The notes under the pieces: model-generated
Told to the model about the DNA's origin: nothing
Databases searched by the model: none
Seen by the model: only the letters and a program-made list of their open reading frames with translations
Made by a program: the position numbers and the translations under genes
In this document: positions 37,024-47,957 of the stretch, piece by piece
Numbering within the stretch: position 1 is the stretch's first letter
Layout: the number at the start of each line of letters is the position of its first letter
DNA from: Alphaproteobacteria bacterium
GTDB lineage: Bacteria > Pseudomonadota > Alphaproteobacteria > Bin95
Assembly (NCBI GenBank): GCA_965205265.1
Contig: CBDBGH010000003.1
Span: 3,264,001-3,328,000, forward strand
Length of the DNA: 64,000 bases
Direction: 5' to 3'

Positions 37024-38190
37024 GTGGAGCGTACCCAGGTCGGGATCGTCGGCGCCGGCCCCGCCGGCCTCATGCTCTCCCACCTGCTCGCCCGCGCCGG
37101 CATCGAAAGCGTGGTGCTGGAGCGCCGGTCTCGCGGCTGGATCGAGGCGCGGGTGCGGGCCGGGCTGCTGGAACAGGGCAGCGTGGCTCTGCTCGACCGC
37201 ACCGGCCTCGGCGCGCGCATGGCGAAGCTGGCGCTCCGCCATCGCGGCATCGAGATCTCGACGGGCGGGCGCCGGCGCCATATCGACTTCATGGAGATGA
37301 CCGGCGGCAAGGGCGTCACCGTCTATGCCCAGCACGAGGTGGTGAAGGACCTGGTGGCGGCGCGGCTCGAAGCCGGCGGCGATATCCGCTTCGAGGTCGA
37401 GGGCGTGCGGCTCGAAGGCATCGACGGGCGGGAGCCGCGCCTCGTCTGGCCGGGCGGCGCGCTTGTCTGCGATTTCATCGCCGGCTGCGACGGCTATCAC
37501 GGCGTCTCGCGCGCCTCGATCCCGCCGGACGCGCTGACGCTCTTCCACCGCGAGTTCCCCTATGCCTGGCTCGGCCTGCTCGCCGAGGCGCCGCCCTTCC
37601 AGGACGAGCTGGTCTATGCCCGCCACGAGGCCGGCTTCGCGCTGTTCAGCATGCGCTCGCCGGAGCTGACGCGCGCCTATGTGCAATGCCGGGCGGACGA
37701 GGACCCGGACAAGTGGACGGCCGACGAACTCTGGGACGAGCTCGACCGCCGGCTCGGCGTGCGCCTTAACCGCGGGCCGCTGCTGCTCAAGTCGGTGACG
37801 CCGATGCGCGCCTTCGTGGCCGAGCCGATGCGCCACGGGCGGCTCTTCCTCGCCGGCGACGCCGCCCATATCGTGCCGCCGACCGGCGCCAAGGGCATGA
37901 ATCTCGCCTTCGCCGATGTCGTGGCGCTCGCGCGGGCGCTTGCCGGCTACTACCGCGACGGCGACGGGGCGGGCCTCGACGCCTATTCGGACACCTGCCT
38001 TGCGCGCGTGTGGAAGGTGCAGCGCTTCTCCATGTGGATGACGCGCCTGCTGCACCGGGACCCGGCGCATGACGGGTTCGAGCGCCGCCTGCAGGGGGCG
38101 GAGCTGGACTACCTGCTCGGCTCCGACGCCGCTCGCCGCGCGCTCGCCGAAAACTACACCGGCCTGCCGCTCGACCTGGAGGGGGTGTAG
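37024..38190 (+). CDS. pobA: 4-hydroxybenzoate 3-monooxygenase
   Basis: TQVGIVGAGPAGL, RAGLLEQG, CDFIAGCDGYHGVSR, AGDAAHIVPPTGAKGMNLA, LAENY.GLP. Confidence 0.93.
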   Translation: MERTQVGIVGAGPAGLMLSHLLARAGIESVVLERRSRGWIEARVRAGLLEQGSVALLDRTGLGARMAKLALRHRGIEISTGGRRRHIDFMEMTGGKGVTVYAQHEVVKDLVAARLEAGGDIRFEVEGVRLEGIDGREPRLVWPGGALVCDFIAGCDGYHGVSRASIPPDALTLFHREFPYAWLGLLAEAPPFQDELVYARHEAGFALFSMRSPELTRAYVQCRADEDPDKWTADELWDELDRRLGVRLNRGPLLLKSVTPMRAFVAEPMRHGRLFLAGDAAHIVPPTGAKGMNLAFADVVALARALAGYYRDGDGAGLDAYSDTCLARVWKVQRFSMWMTRLLHRDPAHDGFERRLQGAELDYLLGSDAARRALAENYTGLPLDLEGV

Positions 38191-38249
38191 TCCTTGCGGG
38201 CGGCGGCCCGGAACGCCATAATCCCGCCGACCCTGACTGGAGGCTGCCC

Positions 38250-38603
38250 GTGGCCGCCGACAGCCCCGACGCGCCGCTCAGCGCCGCCGAAATACAGGAG
38301 TTCCGCCGGCTGCTTGCCGAGCGGCGGCGTTCCGGTGTCCGCGCCGACCCGCTGGCAACGACACTGGTCGGCGTCTTCGCCGCAGGCTTCCTCGCGCTCT
38401 TCGGATGGATGGCCTTCCAGACCCACGCCAACAACGCCGCCATCGCCGTGCTGCAAACCGATGTCGCCAGGCTGCAGGCCGATGTGAAAAAGCTGCAAGC
38501 CGGGCAGGAAGTGCTGAAGGCCGGGCAGGCAGAGTTGCGGGCCGAAATGCGGGCCGGACTGCAGGAACTGAAAGTCCTGATCCTGGAACAGAAGCGGAGA
38601 TAG
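38250..38603 (+). CDS. Single-TM coiled-coil protein, paralog A
   Basis: TM helix plus heptad repeats; clear paralog of the next ORF. Confidence 0.75.
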   Translation: MAADSPDAPLSAAEIQEFRRLLAERRRSGVRADPLATTLVGVFAAGFLALFGWMAFQTHANNAAIAVLQTDVARLQADVKKLQAGQEVLKAGQAELRAEMRAGLQELKVLILEQKRR

Positions 38604-38664
38604 CGCTGGGCAGGGGCCGGACCGGGACGCTATAGTCGGACCGATTCCAACTGGGAGGCCACCG

Positions 38665-39006
38665 GTGGCCGCCAACAGCCCGGACACACCGCTCAGCGCC
38701 GTAGAGATACAGGAGCTCCGCCGACTGCTCGCCGAGCAGCGGCGGCCCGGCTGGCGCGCCGACCCGCTGGCGGCAACGCTGGTCGGCGTGTTCGCGGCGG
38801 GGTTTCTCGGCCTCATCGGCTGGCTGGGATATGCCACCACAGAGAACGGCAAGACCATCACCGGTCTGGAAGCCGGCCAGAAGCATATCGACGCGCGCCT
38901 AGTAACGCTCGAAACCGGGCAGGAAGAGTTGAAGGCCGATATAGCGGAACTTCAGGCCGGGCAGAGAGAACTGAAGGTCATCCTGCTGGAACAGCGACGC
39001 AGATAA
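38665..39006 (+). CDS. Single-TM coiled-coil protein, paralog B
   Basis: Shares PLSA.EIQE.RRLLAE, ADPLA.TLVGVFAAGFL and ELKV..LEQ.RR with paralog A. Confidence 0.75.
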   Translation: MAANSPDTPLSAVEIQELRRLLAEQRRPGWRADPLAATLVGVFAAGFLGLIGWLGYATTENGKTITGLEAGQKHIDARLVTLETGQEELKADIAELQAGQRELKVILLEQRRR

Positions 39007-39025
39007 CGCTGCCCCCTCCCCCGCG

Positions 39026-39640
39026 CTACTCCGCGTAGAGCCAGGGGCGGGCTATGCGGTCGCCGGCCTCGAAGCTGTCGATGCTGTCTGCGCGCTCCAT
39101 GGTCATGCCGATGTCGTCGAGGCCGTTCAGCAGGCAGTGCTTGCGGAACGGATCGACCTCGAAGGCGATCTCCTCGCCGTCCGGGCGGGTGATGACCTGG
39201 TTTTCGAGATCGACCGTGATGCGCGCATTTTCGCCGCGCTCCGCATCCTCCATCAGCTTGTCGCGGTCCGCCGCCGGCAGCTTGATCGGCAGGAGGCCGT
39301 TCTTGAAGCTGTTGTTGTAGAAGATGTCGGCGAAGTCGGTGCCGAGAATGGCGCGCACGCCGTAGTCGGCCAGCGCCCAGGGCGCATGCTCGCGCGACGA
39401 CCCGCAGCCGAAATTGTCGCCCACCACAAGGATGTTGGCGCCCCGCCAGGCCGGCTGGTTCAGCACGAAGTCGGGGGTCTCGTTGCCCTCGGAGTCGAAG
39501 CGCATGTCGTTGAACAGGTGCCGCCCGAGGCCTTCGCGCTCGATGGTCCTGAGGAAGCGCGCGGGGATGATCTTGTCGGTGTCGATATTGATCTGCGGCA
39601 GCGGCGCGCCGACGCTCGTCACGGTCTCGAATTTGCGCAT
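39026..39640 (-). CDS. leuD: 3-isopropylmalate dehydratase small subunit
   Basis: [34 protein letters not shown]. Confidence 0.97.
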   Translation of the reverse strand: MRKFETVTSVGAPLPQINIDTDKIIPARFLRTIEREGLGRHLFNDMRFDSEGNETPDFVLNQPAWRGANILVVGDNFGCGSSREHAPWALADYGVRAILGTDFADIFYNNSFKNGLLPIKLPAADRDKLMEDAERGENARITVDLENQVITRPDGEEIAFEVDPFRKHCLLNGLDDIGMTMERADSIDSFEAGDRIARPWLYAE

Positions 39641-39654
39641 GGGTCCCTCCCCTC

Positions 39655-41067
39655 TCAGTCCAGGTCGCGCAGGTCGGCGAGGCGGCCGGCGACGGCGGCG
39701 GCCGCCGCCATGGCCGGGCTCACCAGGTGGGTGCGCCCGCCGGGACCCTGCCGGCCCTCGAAATTGCGGTTCGACGTGGAGGCGCTGCGCTCGCCGGGGG
39801 CGAGCCTGTCGTCGTTCATCGCCAGGCACATGGAGCAGCCCGGGTCGCGCCACTCGAAGCCGGCCTCGGTGAGGATGCGGTCGAGGCCCTCTTCCTCCGC
39901 CTGCGCCTTGACGAGGCCGGAGCCCGGCACCACGAGCGCGCGCACGCTGTCCGCCACCCTGCGCCCCTGGGCGACGGTGGCCGCCGCGCGGATGTCCTCG
40001 ATGCGCCCGTTGGTGCAGGAGCCGATGAACACCGTGTCGATGGCGATCTCCCGCAGCGGCTGGCCGGCGCGGAGCCCCATATAGTCGATGGACCGCTGCA
40101 CCGCCTGGCGCCGGTCCGGATCGTCGATGTCAGCCGGGTCCGGCACGCTTGCCGTGATCGGCAGCGCGTCCTGCGGGCTCGTGCCCCAGGTGACATGGGG
40201 CGCGATCTCGTCGGCGCGGATGCGCACCACCGTGTCGTAAACCGCGCCGGGGTCGGAGGGCAGGCGCTTCCAGACCGCGACCGCGGCGTCCCAGGCCGCG
40301 CCCTTGGGCGCATGCGGGCGGCCCTTGAGATAGCCGAAGGTGGTGTCGTCGGGCGCGATCAGCCCGGCGCGGGCGCCGGCCTCGATGGACATGTTGCAGA
40401 CCGTCATCCGCCCCTCCATGGAGAGGTCGCGAATCGCCTGGCCGGTATATTCGATCACATGGCCCGTGCCGCCGGCGGTGCCGATGCGCCCGATGATGGC
40501 GAGGATCAGGTCCTTCGCCGTGCAGCCGGCGGGCAGCGACCCTTCCACATCCACCTGCATGTTGCGCGCCGGGCGCTGGATCAGCGTCTGCGTCGCCAGC
40601 ACATGCTCGACCTCGGAGGTGCCGATGCCGAAGGCGAGCGCGCCGAACGCGCCGTGGGTCGAGGTGTGGCTGTCGCCGCAGACCACCGTGGTGCCGGGCT
40701 GGGTCATGCCTTGCTCCGGGCCGATGATGTGCACGATACCCTGCCGGACATCCTCTATCGGGTAGTAGGGCACGCCGAACTCGGCGACATTGCGCTCCAG
40801 CGTCTCGACCTGGATGCGCGATTCCTCGTTCTCGATCGTGCCTGCCCGGGCGCCCGGCCGGGTCGGGATATTGTGGTCGGCGACCGCGATGGTGGCGTCC
40901 GGCCGGCGCACGCCGCGCCCGGCGGCGCGGAGCCCCGCGAAAGCCTGCGGGCTCGTGACCTCATGCACCAGGTGGCGGTCGATATAGATCAGGCAGGTGC
41001 CGTCTTCCTGGGTATCGACCAGGTGGTTCGCCCAGATCTTGTCGAAGAGGGTGCGCGGTTCACTCAT
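39655..41067 (-). CDS. leuC: 3-isopropylmalate dehydratase large subunit
   Basis: [46 protein letters not shown]. Confidence 0.98.
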   Translation of the reverse strand: MSEPRTLFDKIWANHLVDTQEDGTCLIYIDRHLVHEVTSPQAFAGLRAAGRGVRRPDATIAVADHNIPTRPGARAGTIENEESRIQVETLERNVAEFGVPYYPIEDVRQGIVHIIGPEQGMTQPGTTVVCGDSHTSTHGAFGALAFGIGTSEVEHVLATQTLIQRPARNMQVDVEGSLPAGCTAKDLILAIIGRIGTAGGTGHVIEYTGQAIRDLSMEGRMTVCNMSIEAGARAGLIAPDDTTFGYLKGRPHAPKGAAWDAAVAVWKRLPSDPGAVYDTVVRIRADEIAPHVTWGTSPQDALPITASVPDPADIDDPDRRQAVQRSIDYMGLRAGQPLREIAIDTVFIGSCTNGRIEDIRAAATVAQGRRVADSVRALVVPGSGLVKAQAEEEGLDRILTEAGFEWRDPGCSMCLAMNDDRLAPGERSASTSNRNFEGRQGPGGRTHLVSPAMAAAAAVAGRLADLRDLD

Positions 41068-41470
41068 TGCCGTCGTTCCCGTTCTTGCGTTTCGTCTTCC
41101 TCACCACGCCGCGGGTGCGCTCCGCGATGCGCGCCGACCGTCCGCGCCGCTCGCGCAGGTAGTAGAGCTTCGCCCGGCGCACGCGCCCGCGCCGGATCAC
41201 CTCGATGCCGGCGATATTGGGCGAATAGAGCGGGAAGATGCGCTCGACGCCCTCGCCGGAGGAAATCTTGCGCACGACGAAGGAGGCGTTCAGGTTCCCG
41301 CCGCCGCGCCGCGCGATCACCACGCCTTCATAGGCCTGGATGCGCTCGCGGGTGCCCTCGACCACCTTGTAGTTCACCCGCACCGTATCGCCCGGGCGGA
41401 AGTCCGGAATCCCGCGCTCTCCGGTGAGCCGCTCGATCTGTTCGCGCTCCAGCGTCTCGATGATGTTCAT
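41060..41470 (-). CDS. rplS: 50S ribosomal protein L19
   Basis: [28 protein letters not shown]. Confidence 0.97.
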   Translation of the reverse strand: MNIIETLEREQIERLTGERGIPDFRPGDTVRVNYKVVEGTRERIQAYEGVVIARRGGGNLNASFVVRKISSGEGVERIFPLYSPNIAGIEVIRRGRVRRAKLYYLRERRGRSARIAERTRGVVRKTKRKNGNDGNE

Positions 41471-42171
41471 CGCCTTCGGTCCTCGTTTTCCGCCCGGCGG
41501 GCCCACAGGTCCGGCCGCCGCGTCCGCGTTATGTCTTCCGCCCGCGCCTGCCGCCAGGCGCGGATGTTGCAGTGATGGCCCGAAAGCAGGACTTCCGGCG
41601 CCGCGCGCCCGGCCCAGACCGCCGGTCGCGTGTAATGCGGGTATTCCAGCAACCCGCTCTCGAAACTCTCCTCCCGGACCGACTCCGCCTTGCCCGCCAC
41701 GCCCGGCAGCAGCCGCACGCAGGCGTCCAGCAGGGCGATCGCCGCCGGCTCGCCGCCGGACAGCACGAAGTCCCCGAGACTCACCTCCTCCGGCGCCCAG
41801 GCGTCGAGGAGGCGCTGGTCGATCCCCTCGTAGCGCCCGCAGAGCAGGGTCGGCCCCGGCCCCCCGGCCAGCGCCGCCGCCCGGCGCTGCGTGAGCGGCC
41901 GGCCGCGCGGCGAGAGGTGGATCAGCGGCCCCCGCCGGTCCCAGGCGGCGTGGATCGCGTCCGACACCACGTCCGCGCGCATGACCATGCCGGCGCCCCC
42001 GCCGAACGGCGTGTCGTCCACGGAGGCGTGCTTATCGCGCGCAAAGGCGCGAATGTCCACCGTCTCGAGTCGCCAGACGCCGGCGTCGAACGCGCGCCCG
42101 GCAAGCGAATGGCCGAGCGGCCCCGGAAACATCTCCGGGAAGAGCGTCAGCACTGTCGCAGTCCAGGTCAC
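41467..42171 (-). CDS. trmD: tRNA (guanine37-N1)-methyltransferase
   Basis: [42 protein letters not shown]. Confidence 0.97.
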   Translation of the reverse strand: MTWTATVLTLFPEMFPGPLGHSLAGRAFDAGVWRLETVDIRAFARDKHASVDDTPFGGGAGMVMRADVVSDAIHAAWDRRGPLIHLSPRGRPLTQRRAAALAGGPGPTLLCGRYEGIDQRLLDAWAPEEVSLGDFVLSGGEPAAIALLDACVRLLPGVAGKAESVREESFESGLLEYPHYTRPAVWAGRAAPEVLLSGHHCNIRAWRQARAEDITRTRRPDLWARRAENEDRRR

Positions 42172-42674
42172 AGCCCCTCCGGCGGGTCTATGGTGACGGT
42201 GCGGGCGGCGAGGTCGATTGCCGGCACGGCCTCGCGCGTGAAGGGGAAGACGCGGGGCTGGCCGCCCTCGTCCGGCAGCACCTCGATCAGGTCGCCGGCG
42301 CCGAAATCGTGCAGCGCCCGCACCGTGCCGAGCCGGGCCCCGTTCCTGTCGACCGCGGCGAGGCCGACAAGGTCCGCATGGTAGAACTCCTCCTCGTCCT
42401 CGGCCGGCGGCAGCGCCGCCCGGTCGAGGAAAAGCTCGACGCCCTTGAGCGCCTCCGCCGCGTTCCGGTCCTCCACGCCTTCGATCCGCACCAGCGCCAT
42501 GCCCTTCTCGATCCTCACCAGCTTGAGCGCGAAGCGCCGGCTGCCGGCGGCATCCTCCAGCGGGCCGTAACCGGCAATGGCGTCCGGCAGGGCGGTGAAG
42601 GTCTTGACCCTGACCGCGCCCTGCAGCCCGTGCGCGCCGGCAATGACGCCGAGACAGAGGCGGGACACGTTCAT
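42168..42674 (-). CDS. rimM: Ribosome maturation factor RimM
   Basis: [40 protein letters not shown]. Confidence 0.96.
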   Translation of the reverse strand: MNVSRLCLGVIAGAHGLQGAVRVKTFTALPDAIAGYGPLEDAAGSRRFALKLVRIEKGMALVRIEGVEDRNAAEALKGVELFLDRAALPPAEDEEEFYHADLVGLAAVDRNGARLGTVRALHDFGAGDLIEVLPDEGGQPRVFPFTREAVPAIDLAARTVTIDPPEGL

Positions 42675-42695
42675 CCGCCGGTCGTTCCGTCCGGG

Positions 42696-43043
42696 TTATT
42701 CCGCCGCAGCGGCTTCCGCCTTGGCCTTCATGCGCTCCTGCGCCTTGGCCTTGGGCAGATGCTGCTTGGTCTGCTGCGGCACCTCCGGCGGGGCGAGAAT
42801 GCCCGCCGCGCCGAGGAACCGGGCCACGCGCTCGGAAGGCGTCGCGCCCACCGACAGCCAGTGCCGGATGCGTTCTTCCTTGAGGCGCAGCCGGTCCTCG
42901 TGGTCCTTCGGCATCATCGGGTTGTAGAAGCCGAGGATCTCGATGAAGCGGCCGTCCCGGGGCGAGGAGCCCTCGGCGACGACGATGCGGTAGAAGGGCC
43001 GGCGCTTGGCGCCGCCGCGGGTGAGTCGAATCCTGAGTGCCAT
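42696..43043 (-). CDS. rpsP: 30S ribosomal protein S16
   Basis: [36 protein letters not shown]. Confidence 0.97.
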   Translation of the reverse strand: MALRIRLTRGGAKRRPFYRIVVAEGSSPRDGRFIEILGFYNPMMPKDHEDRLRLKEERIRHWLSVGATPSERVARFLGAAGILAPPEVPQQTKQHLPKAKAQERMKAKAEAAAAE

Positions 43044-43081
43044 GAGCTTTCCGTGAAGGTGGAAGAGAGGGGTCGTCGGGA

Positions 43082-44437
43082 TCAGCGCCGGGCCAGAAGG
43101 GCGTCCAGCCCCCGGCCCGCAAGCGCGCCGCGTTTCTCCAGCTTGCCGACGCGCTTCATCATCGTCTGCATCTGCTGGAATTGCTTGAGCATCCGGTTCA
43201 CATCCTGCACCGAGGCGCCGGCCCCGGCGGCGATGCGCCGCTTGCGCGACGCCTTGACGATCTCCGGCCGGGCCCGCTCGCGCGGCGTCATCGACAGGAT
43301 GATCGCCTCCTGGCGCACGAGCCATTTTTCATCGAGCTTCGCCTTCGCCATTTCGGCCTTCATCCGGCCGACCTGCGGCAGCATTCCCATCAGCCCGCCG
43401 AGCCCGCCCATCTTCTTCATCTGCCGCAGCTGGGTCAGCAGGTCGTTCAGGTCCATGCGCCCGCGGCTGAGCCGGGCGGCGAGCTTTTCGGCTTCTTCCT
43501 GTTCGATGGTCTCGGCCGCGCGCTCGACGAGCCCGACGACATCGCCCATGCCGAGAATGCGCGACGCGATCCTGTCGGGGTGGAAGACCTCGATGCGGTC
43601 GAGCTGCTCGCCCGTGCCGACGAACTTGATCGGCCGCCCGGTGACATGGCGCATGGAGAGCGCTGCGCCGCCGCGCGCATCGCCGTCGATCCGGGTCAGC
43701 ACGATGCCGGTGACGCCGACCTCCTCGTTGAAGGCCCGGGCGGTGTTGACGGCGTCCTGGCCGGTCATCGCATCGGCGACCAGCAGCGATTCGACCGGCT
43801 TCACCAGGTCGCGCAGCGCGGCCGCCTCCTCTATCATCTCGCGGTCGATGGCAAGGCGCCCGGCGGTGTCGATGAAGACGATGTCATAGCCCTCGCGCGC
43901 ACCGATGCGCATGGCGCGCCGCGCGATGGCGGGCGGGCGTTCGCCGAACACGATGGGCAGGGTGTCGATCCCGGCCTGCCTGCCGAGCAGTTCGAGCTGC
44001 TGCTGCGCGGCGGGGCGATAGACGTCCACCGACGCCATGAGCACCTTCTTGCCGTCGCGGTCGGTGAGGCGCCGGGCGAGCTTGGCGGTCGTCGTCGTCT
44101 TGCCGGAGCCCTGCAGGCCCAGCATCAGCATGGCGAGCGGGGGATTGCCGCCGAGGCGGAGTTCCTCGGCCTCGCCGCCCAGCATCTCGACCATGCGGTC
44201 ATGGACGATCTTGACGACCTGCTGGCCGGGCGTGACGGAACGCAGCACCTCCTGCCCGACGGCCTGCTCCTTCACCGCATCGAGGAGCGCGCGGACCGCC
44301 GGCAGCGCCGCATCCGCCTCCAGCAGCGCCACCCGCACCTCGCGGAGCGCCGCCTCGACATCGCCGGCGGAGAGCGAACCGCGCCGGGTAAGCCGCCCGA
44401 AGACGTCGCCGAGCCTCTCCGTCAGTCCCTCGAACAT
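43082..44437 (-). CDS. ffh: Signal recognition particle protein
   Basis: [42 protein letters not shown]. Confidence 0.98.
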   Translation of the reverse strand: MFEGLTERLGDVFGRLTRRGSLSAGDVEAALREVRVALLEADAALPAVRALLDAVKEQAVGQEVLRSVTPGQQVVKIVHDRMVEMLGGEAEELRLGGNPPLAMLMLGLQGSGKTTTTAKLARRLTDRDGKKVLMASVDVYRPAAQQQLELLGRQAGIDTLPIVFGERPPAIARRAMRIGAREGYDIVFIDTAGRLAIDREMIEEAAALRDLVKPVESLLVADAMTGQDAVNTARAFNEEVGVTGIVLTRIDGDARGGAALSMRHVTGRPIKFVGTGEQLDRIEVFHPDRIASRILGMGDVVGLVERAAETIEQEEAEKLAARLSRGRMDLNDLLTQLRQMKKMGGLGGLMGMLPQVGRMKAEMAKAKLDEKWLVRQEAIILSMTPRERARPEIVKASRKRRIAAGAGASVQDVNRMLKQFQQMQTMMKRVGKLEKRGALAGRGLDALLARR

Positions 44438-44470
44438 GCGCGCCTCTTCCTGCCGCCCGTCCAACGCCCG

Positions 44471-44519
44471 ACGCGCCGATGCGCGAACCCTCGCGGACCG
44501 GCGGGCCTCCTCGGAGGCA
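44471..44519 (-). ncRNA. Possible alphaproteobacterial ffh leader RNA motif
   Basis: Structured GC-rich 5'UTR with GCCTCC/GGAGGC hairpin just upstream of ffh; not verified by covariance model. Confidence 0.4.
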
Positions 44520-44716
44520 TGGGGTGTAACGCTATGGCGAAACGGCGCGCAACCTAACCGCCCGCCACTGCCCCGTCAACGCCCGTCCCGGTCTCCGCGG
44601 GCCCGGCGGAATGCGATGGCCCCGTGCGGGACCCGTATCGGATGGAGGGCGTTTCTTCCAACATCGCACGCCATGAACAATTTCCGATATTTTTGAATTT
44701 TGTTCCCTGTATGGGC

Positions 44717-44743
44717 TTGACATCTGGCGGATTGTGGTATGAT
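44717..44743 (+). promoter_or_regulatory. Sigma70-like promoter of dispersed module copy 1
   Basis: TTGACA-N15-TATGAT with extended -10 TG, in an AT-rich tract. Confidence 0.55.
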
Positions 44744-44974
44744 GGTCCCCAAGGAAGCGGACTCCGGAGCCGCCTCCCCGGGTGCCGCGCGGCCGAGCGG
44801 CGCCAGTTTCTGAAAACCCGTGAGAAGCCGACGGGAGACGTGCGCCCTGTGCCTCGCGCGCGCAATCAGGCGCGCGAACCGCGCCGCCGCGTAACGCCCG
44901 CCCGCGCCGGCACAGGCGCACGCGCGGGAGACGCGCGAAACAGGGACCCGCTCCCCGTCGGAGGAGGAGAGACG

Positions 44975-45568
44975 ATGACCGCAACCGACCCCCGCCCCGC
45001 ACTGGCGGCGATGCTGGCCGAAAAGTTGGCCCCCGCCGCCGCAGCCCTTGCCGAAGCTTATGCCCAGGACATGGGCGCAGCGCCGCCGCCGGAGGACGAC
45101 CGCGCCCTTGCCGACCGTCACCGCGCCGGACGCGCCGCGCTCTCCCATCTGCGCCAGCTCCTCAACCTCCTCGACTGGGCCGCCGCCCGCATGCCCGAAC
45201 CGGAGCCGGCAGTCGTCGAAGAGCCGGCGGAGGACCTCGACGACTGGGTTCCGGAGCCGGAGCCCGAGACCGGCTATGACGGCAGCGAGGACGAATACCA
45301 CTATTTCGACGAGGTCTATGTCGGCAGCCAGCAGACGCCGGAGTTCCGGGCCTGGCATGCGGAGCAGGAGCGTCGCTTCGGGCCGCTGGTGCCGGACGAG
45401 GACAGTTACGACGGCAGCGAGGACTACTACAACTTCGGCGAGCGCCAGTATGTGGGCAAGCTGACCACGCCCGCGTTCTACGACTGGCTCGCCCGCCAGG
45501 AACGCCGCGAGGCCGCAGAACTCGCCGCAAGGGAAGCCGCCACTGCGGGCGGGGGTGCCGGTGGATGA
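44975..45568 (+). CDS. Hypothetical acidic protein with internal repeat
   Basis: Strong SD GGAGGAG; repeats YDGSEDEYHYFDEVYVG / YDGSEDYYNFGERQYVG. Confidence 0.8.
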   Translation: MTATDPRPALAAMLAEKLAPAAAALAEAYAQDMGAAPPPEDDRALADRHRAGRAALSHLRQLLNLLDWAAARMPEPEPAVVEEPAEDLDDWVPEPEPETGYDGSEDEYHYFDEVYVGSQQTPEFRAWHAEQERRFGPLVPDEDSYDGSEDYYNFGERQYVGKLTTPAFYDWLARQERREAAELAAREAATAGGGAGG

Positions 45569-45588
45569 GGTCAAGGGACGGACGGCTT

Positions 45589-45660
45589 CATGCCCGAACC
45601 GGCTACAGCATATGACTCCCGCGCATGCAAAACATGACATCGCATGACACTTCATGACAC
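45589..45660 (+). repeat. Dispersed CATGCCCGAA...GCATGC...(CATGACA)x3 element, copy 1
   Basis: CATGACA at 45633, 45643 and 45653; homologous to 53274-53335. Confidence 0.7.
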
Positions 45661-45781
45661 GCTGCCGGGCATCTTCCCCCCGCCCGAACGCAACCGCCCC
45701 CTGCCCGTCTAGCACGGGGGTTGCCGCCGGGCCGCTCTGCCGCCATGTTGCGGAAGCCGTCCCGGAACCGGGGTAGAGAGA

Positions 45782-46672
45782 ATGGAGATTGCGGCAAGCG
45801 CGCCCGGCGTCGTGAAGGACGCCGACGACCGGACCTTCATGGCCGATGTCATCGAAGCCTCGATGACGGCGCCGGTGATCGTCGATTTCTGGGCGCCCTG
45901 GTGCGGCCCCTGCAAGCAATTGGGGCCGGTGCTCGAGAAGGTCGTGTCCAATGCCGGCGGCAAGGTCAGCCTCGTCAAGGTCGATATCGACAAGAGCCCG
46001 GTGGTCGCGCAGCAGATGCGCATCCAGTCGATCCCGGCCGTCTATGCCTTCGACCAGGGGCGCCCGGTGGACGCCTTCATGGGCGCGTTGCCGGAGAGCC
46101 AGGTCAAGGCGTTCGTCGAGCGGCTGGTGGGCGGGCCGGTCGAATCGGCCGTCGAGGCCGCTGTCGAGCAGGCGCGCGCGGCGCTGGAGGGCGGCGACGC
46201 GCAGACCGCAGGCGCAATCCTCAACGAAGTGCTGAGGCAGGAGCCGGAGAACGCCGCCGCCCTGGCCGGCCTCGCCCAGGTGTTTCTCGCCGTGGACCAG
46301 GTCGCCGAGGCCCGCGCCATGCTCGACCGGCTGCCGGAAGGCGCAAACCGGGGCCCGGCGGTGGCGGCGGCCGTGAGCGCGGTGGAACTCGCGGAGCAGA
46401 GCGCGGATGCAGGCGACACGGCGGACCTGCGCCGGGCGGTGGAGGCCGATCCGGACGACCACCGGGCGCGCTTCGACCTGGCGATGGCGCTGTTCGGCGG
46501 CGGCCGCCACAGGGAAGCGGCGGAGGAATTGCTGGAACTCTATCGCCGCGACCGGGAGTGGAACGAAGGCGCGGCCCGCAGCCAGCTCGTCAAATTCTTC
46601 GAGGCGTGGGGACCGATGCACGAATTGACGGTCGATATACGCCGCCGCCTCTCGACCATGATGTTCAGCTAG
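45782..46672 (+). CDS. cnoX: Thioredoxin/TPR co-chaperone CnoX (YbbN)
   Basis: DFWAPWCGPCKQL plus TPR-like C-terminus ending RRRLS..F. Confidence 0.9.
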   Translation: MEIAASAPGVVKDADDRTFMADVIEASMTAPVIVDFWAPWCGPCKQLGPVLEKVVSNAGGKVSLVKVDIDKSPVVAQQMRIQSIPAVYAFDQGRPVDAFMGALPESQVKAFVERLVGGPVESAVEAAVEQARAALEGGDAQTAGAILNEVLRQEPENAAALAGLAQVFLAVDQVAEARAMLDRLPEGANRGPAVAAAVSAVELAEQSADAGDTADLRRAVEADPDDHRARFDLAMALFGGGRHREAAEELLELYRRDREWNEGAARSQLVKFFEAWGPMHELTVDIRRRLSTMMFS

Positions 46673-46685
46673 GGAGCGGGCGGCC

Positions 46686-47339
46686 GTGGCCCTCAGGCGA
46701 TCCCTGCCGGAGGTCATCCCGGTTTTCCCGCTGCCCGGCGTGCTGCTGCTGCCGCGCGCCATGCTGCCGCTGCATATCTTCGAACCGCGCTACCGGGCGA
46801 TGATCCGCGATGCGCTGGACGATGAGGGGATCGTCGGCATGGTGCAGCCCTGCGCGGAAGGGACCGATCCGGCGAACCCGCCGATCTACGGGATCGGTTG
46901 CGCCGGCAAGATCCAGAACTCGGAGAAGCTCGACGACGGGCGCTATATGGTCGCGCTGCAGGGCATTGCGCGCTTTCGCATAGACCGCGAGCTGGCGCGC
47001 CATCCCGACGGCTACCGCACCGTCCATGCAGATTTCGAGGGGTTCGGGGACGATCTCGATGCGCGCCGCAGCAGCCCGGTGGACCGCGACGGCCTGCTGG
47101 AGGCGCTGCGCGGCTTCCTGGCGCGGCGGGGGCTCAGCGCCGACTGGGACGCCGTGGGCAGGGCCGACGACGAAATGCTGGTCAATGCGCTCTCCATGGG
47201 CTGCCCCTTCGCGCCCAATGAGAAGCAGGCGCTGCTCGAATGCGGCGACACCGGCGAGCGCGCCCGGATGCTGGAAACGCTGTTCGCCATGTCGGGCTTC
47301 CAGGCGGCGAACGACGACGACCCGGCGCGGATGAATTGA
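46686..47339 (+). CDS. LON substrate-binding domain protein
   Basis: [30 protein letters not shown]. Confidence 0.92.
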   Translation: MALRRSLPEVIPVFPLPGVLLLPRAMLPLHIFEPRYRAMIRDALDDEGIVGMVQPCAEGTDPANPPIYGIGCAGKIQNSEKLDDGRYMVALQGIARFRIDRELARHPDGYRTVHADFEGFGDDLDARRSSPVDRDGLLEALRGFLARRGLSADWDAVGRADDEMLVNALSMGCPFAPNEKQALLECGDTGERARMLETLFAMSGFQAANDDDPARMN

Positions 47340-47346
47340 GGCGGCG

Positions 47347-47541
47347 ATGACGGGTTCGGGAGAGGTCGATCCGCTGCTGCTGCAATTGCTGGTCTGCCCG
47401 GTGACCAAGGGGCCGCTGGAATACGACCGCGAGGCGGGAGAGCTGGTCAGCCGTTCGGCGGGGCTGGCCTACCCGGTCCGCGACGGCATCCCGATCATGC
47501 TGGTGGAGGAGGCGCGGGAGCTCGACGGGGACGGGCGGTGA
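47347..47541 (+). CDS. Trm112/YcaR family protein
   Basis: [28 protein letters not shown]. Confidence 0.92.
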   Translation: MTGSGEVDPLLLQLLVCPVTKGPLEYDREAGELVSRSAGLAYPVRDGIPIMLVEEARELDGDGR

Positions 47542-47891
47542 GCCGCCCGACCGAGCTGCGCTATTCCAGGGCTGCGCGCGTGCTGCACATCGCCTTCGAC
47601 GACGGGGCGGCGTTCGACCTACCGGCGGAATTGCTGCGCGTCGAGAGTCCTTCGGCCGAGGTCCAGGGCCACGGGCCGGGCCGCAAGACGACGGTTTCCG
47701 GCCGCGCCCATGTCGGCATTATCGAAATCCTGCCCGAGGGCAATTACGCCGTCCGGCTGGTCTTCGACGACCTGCACGACACCGGCATCTACAGCTGGAC
47801 CTATCTGCGCGAACTCGGCGAGCGCCGGGACGAACTCTGGGACGCCTATCTGGAGGCGCTGGAGGCCGGCGGCCTCTCGCGCGAGCCGTAG
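47538..47891 (+). CDS. DUF971 (GBBH-like N-terminal) protein
   Basis: [34 protein letters not shown]. Confidence 0.92.
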   Translation: MSRPTELRYSRAARVLHIAFDDGAAFDLPAELLRVESPSAEVQGHGPGRKTTVSGRAHVGIIEILPEGNYAVRLVFDDLHDTGIYSWTYLRELGERRDELWDAYLEALEAGGLSREP

Positions 47892-47957
47892 CAGCGCGGT
47901 GACAGTCCCGCTGCCGCCGGCTATCTTCCCGCCGTTCCCAAGGAGGGTGCAAGGCTC

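Noticed and set aside
41060-41067. rplS overlapping leuC
   Set aside because: rplS-leuC linkage is a familiar arrangement in Alphaproteobacteria.
44675-44706. Alphaproteobacterial LexA box (GTTC-N7-GTTC) at module promoters
   Set aside because: Only single half-sites match here and at 52982.
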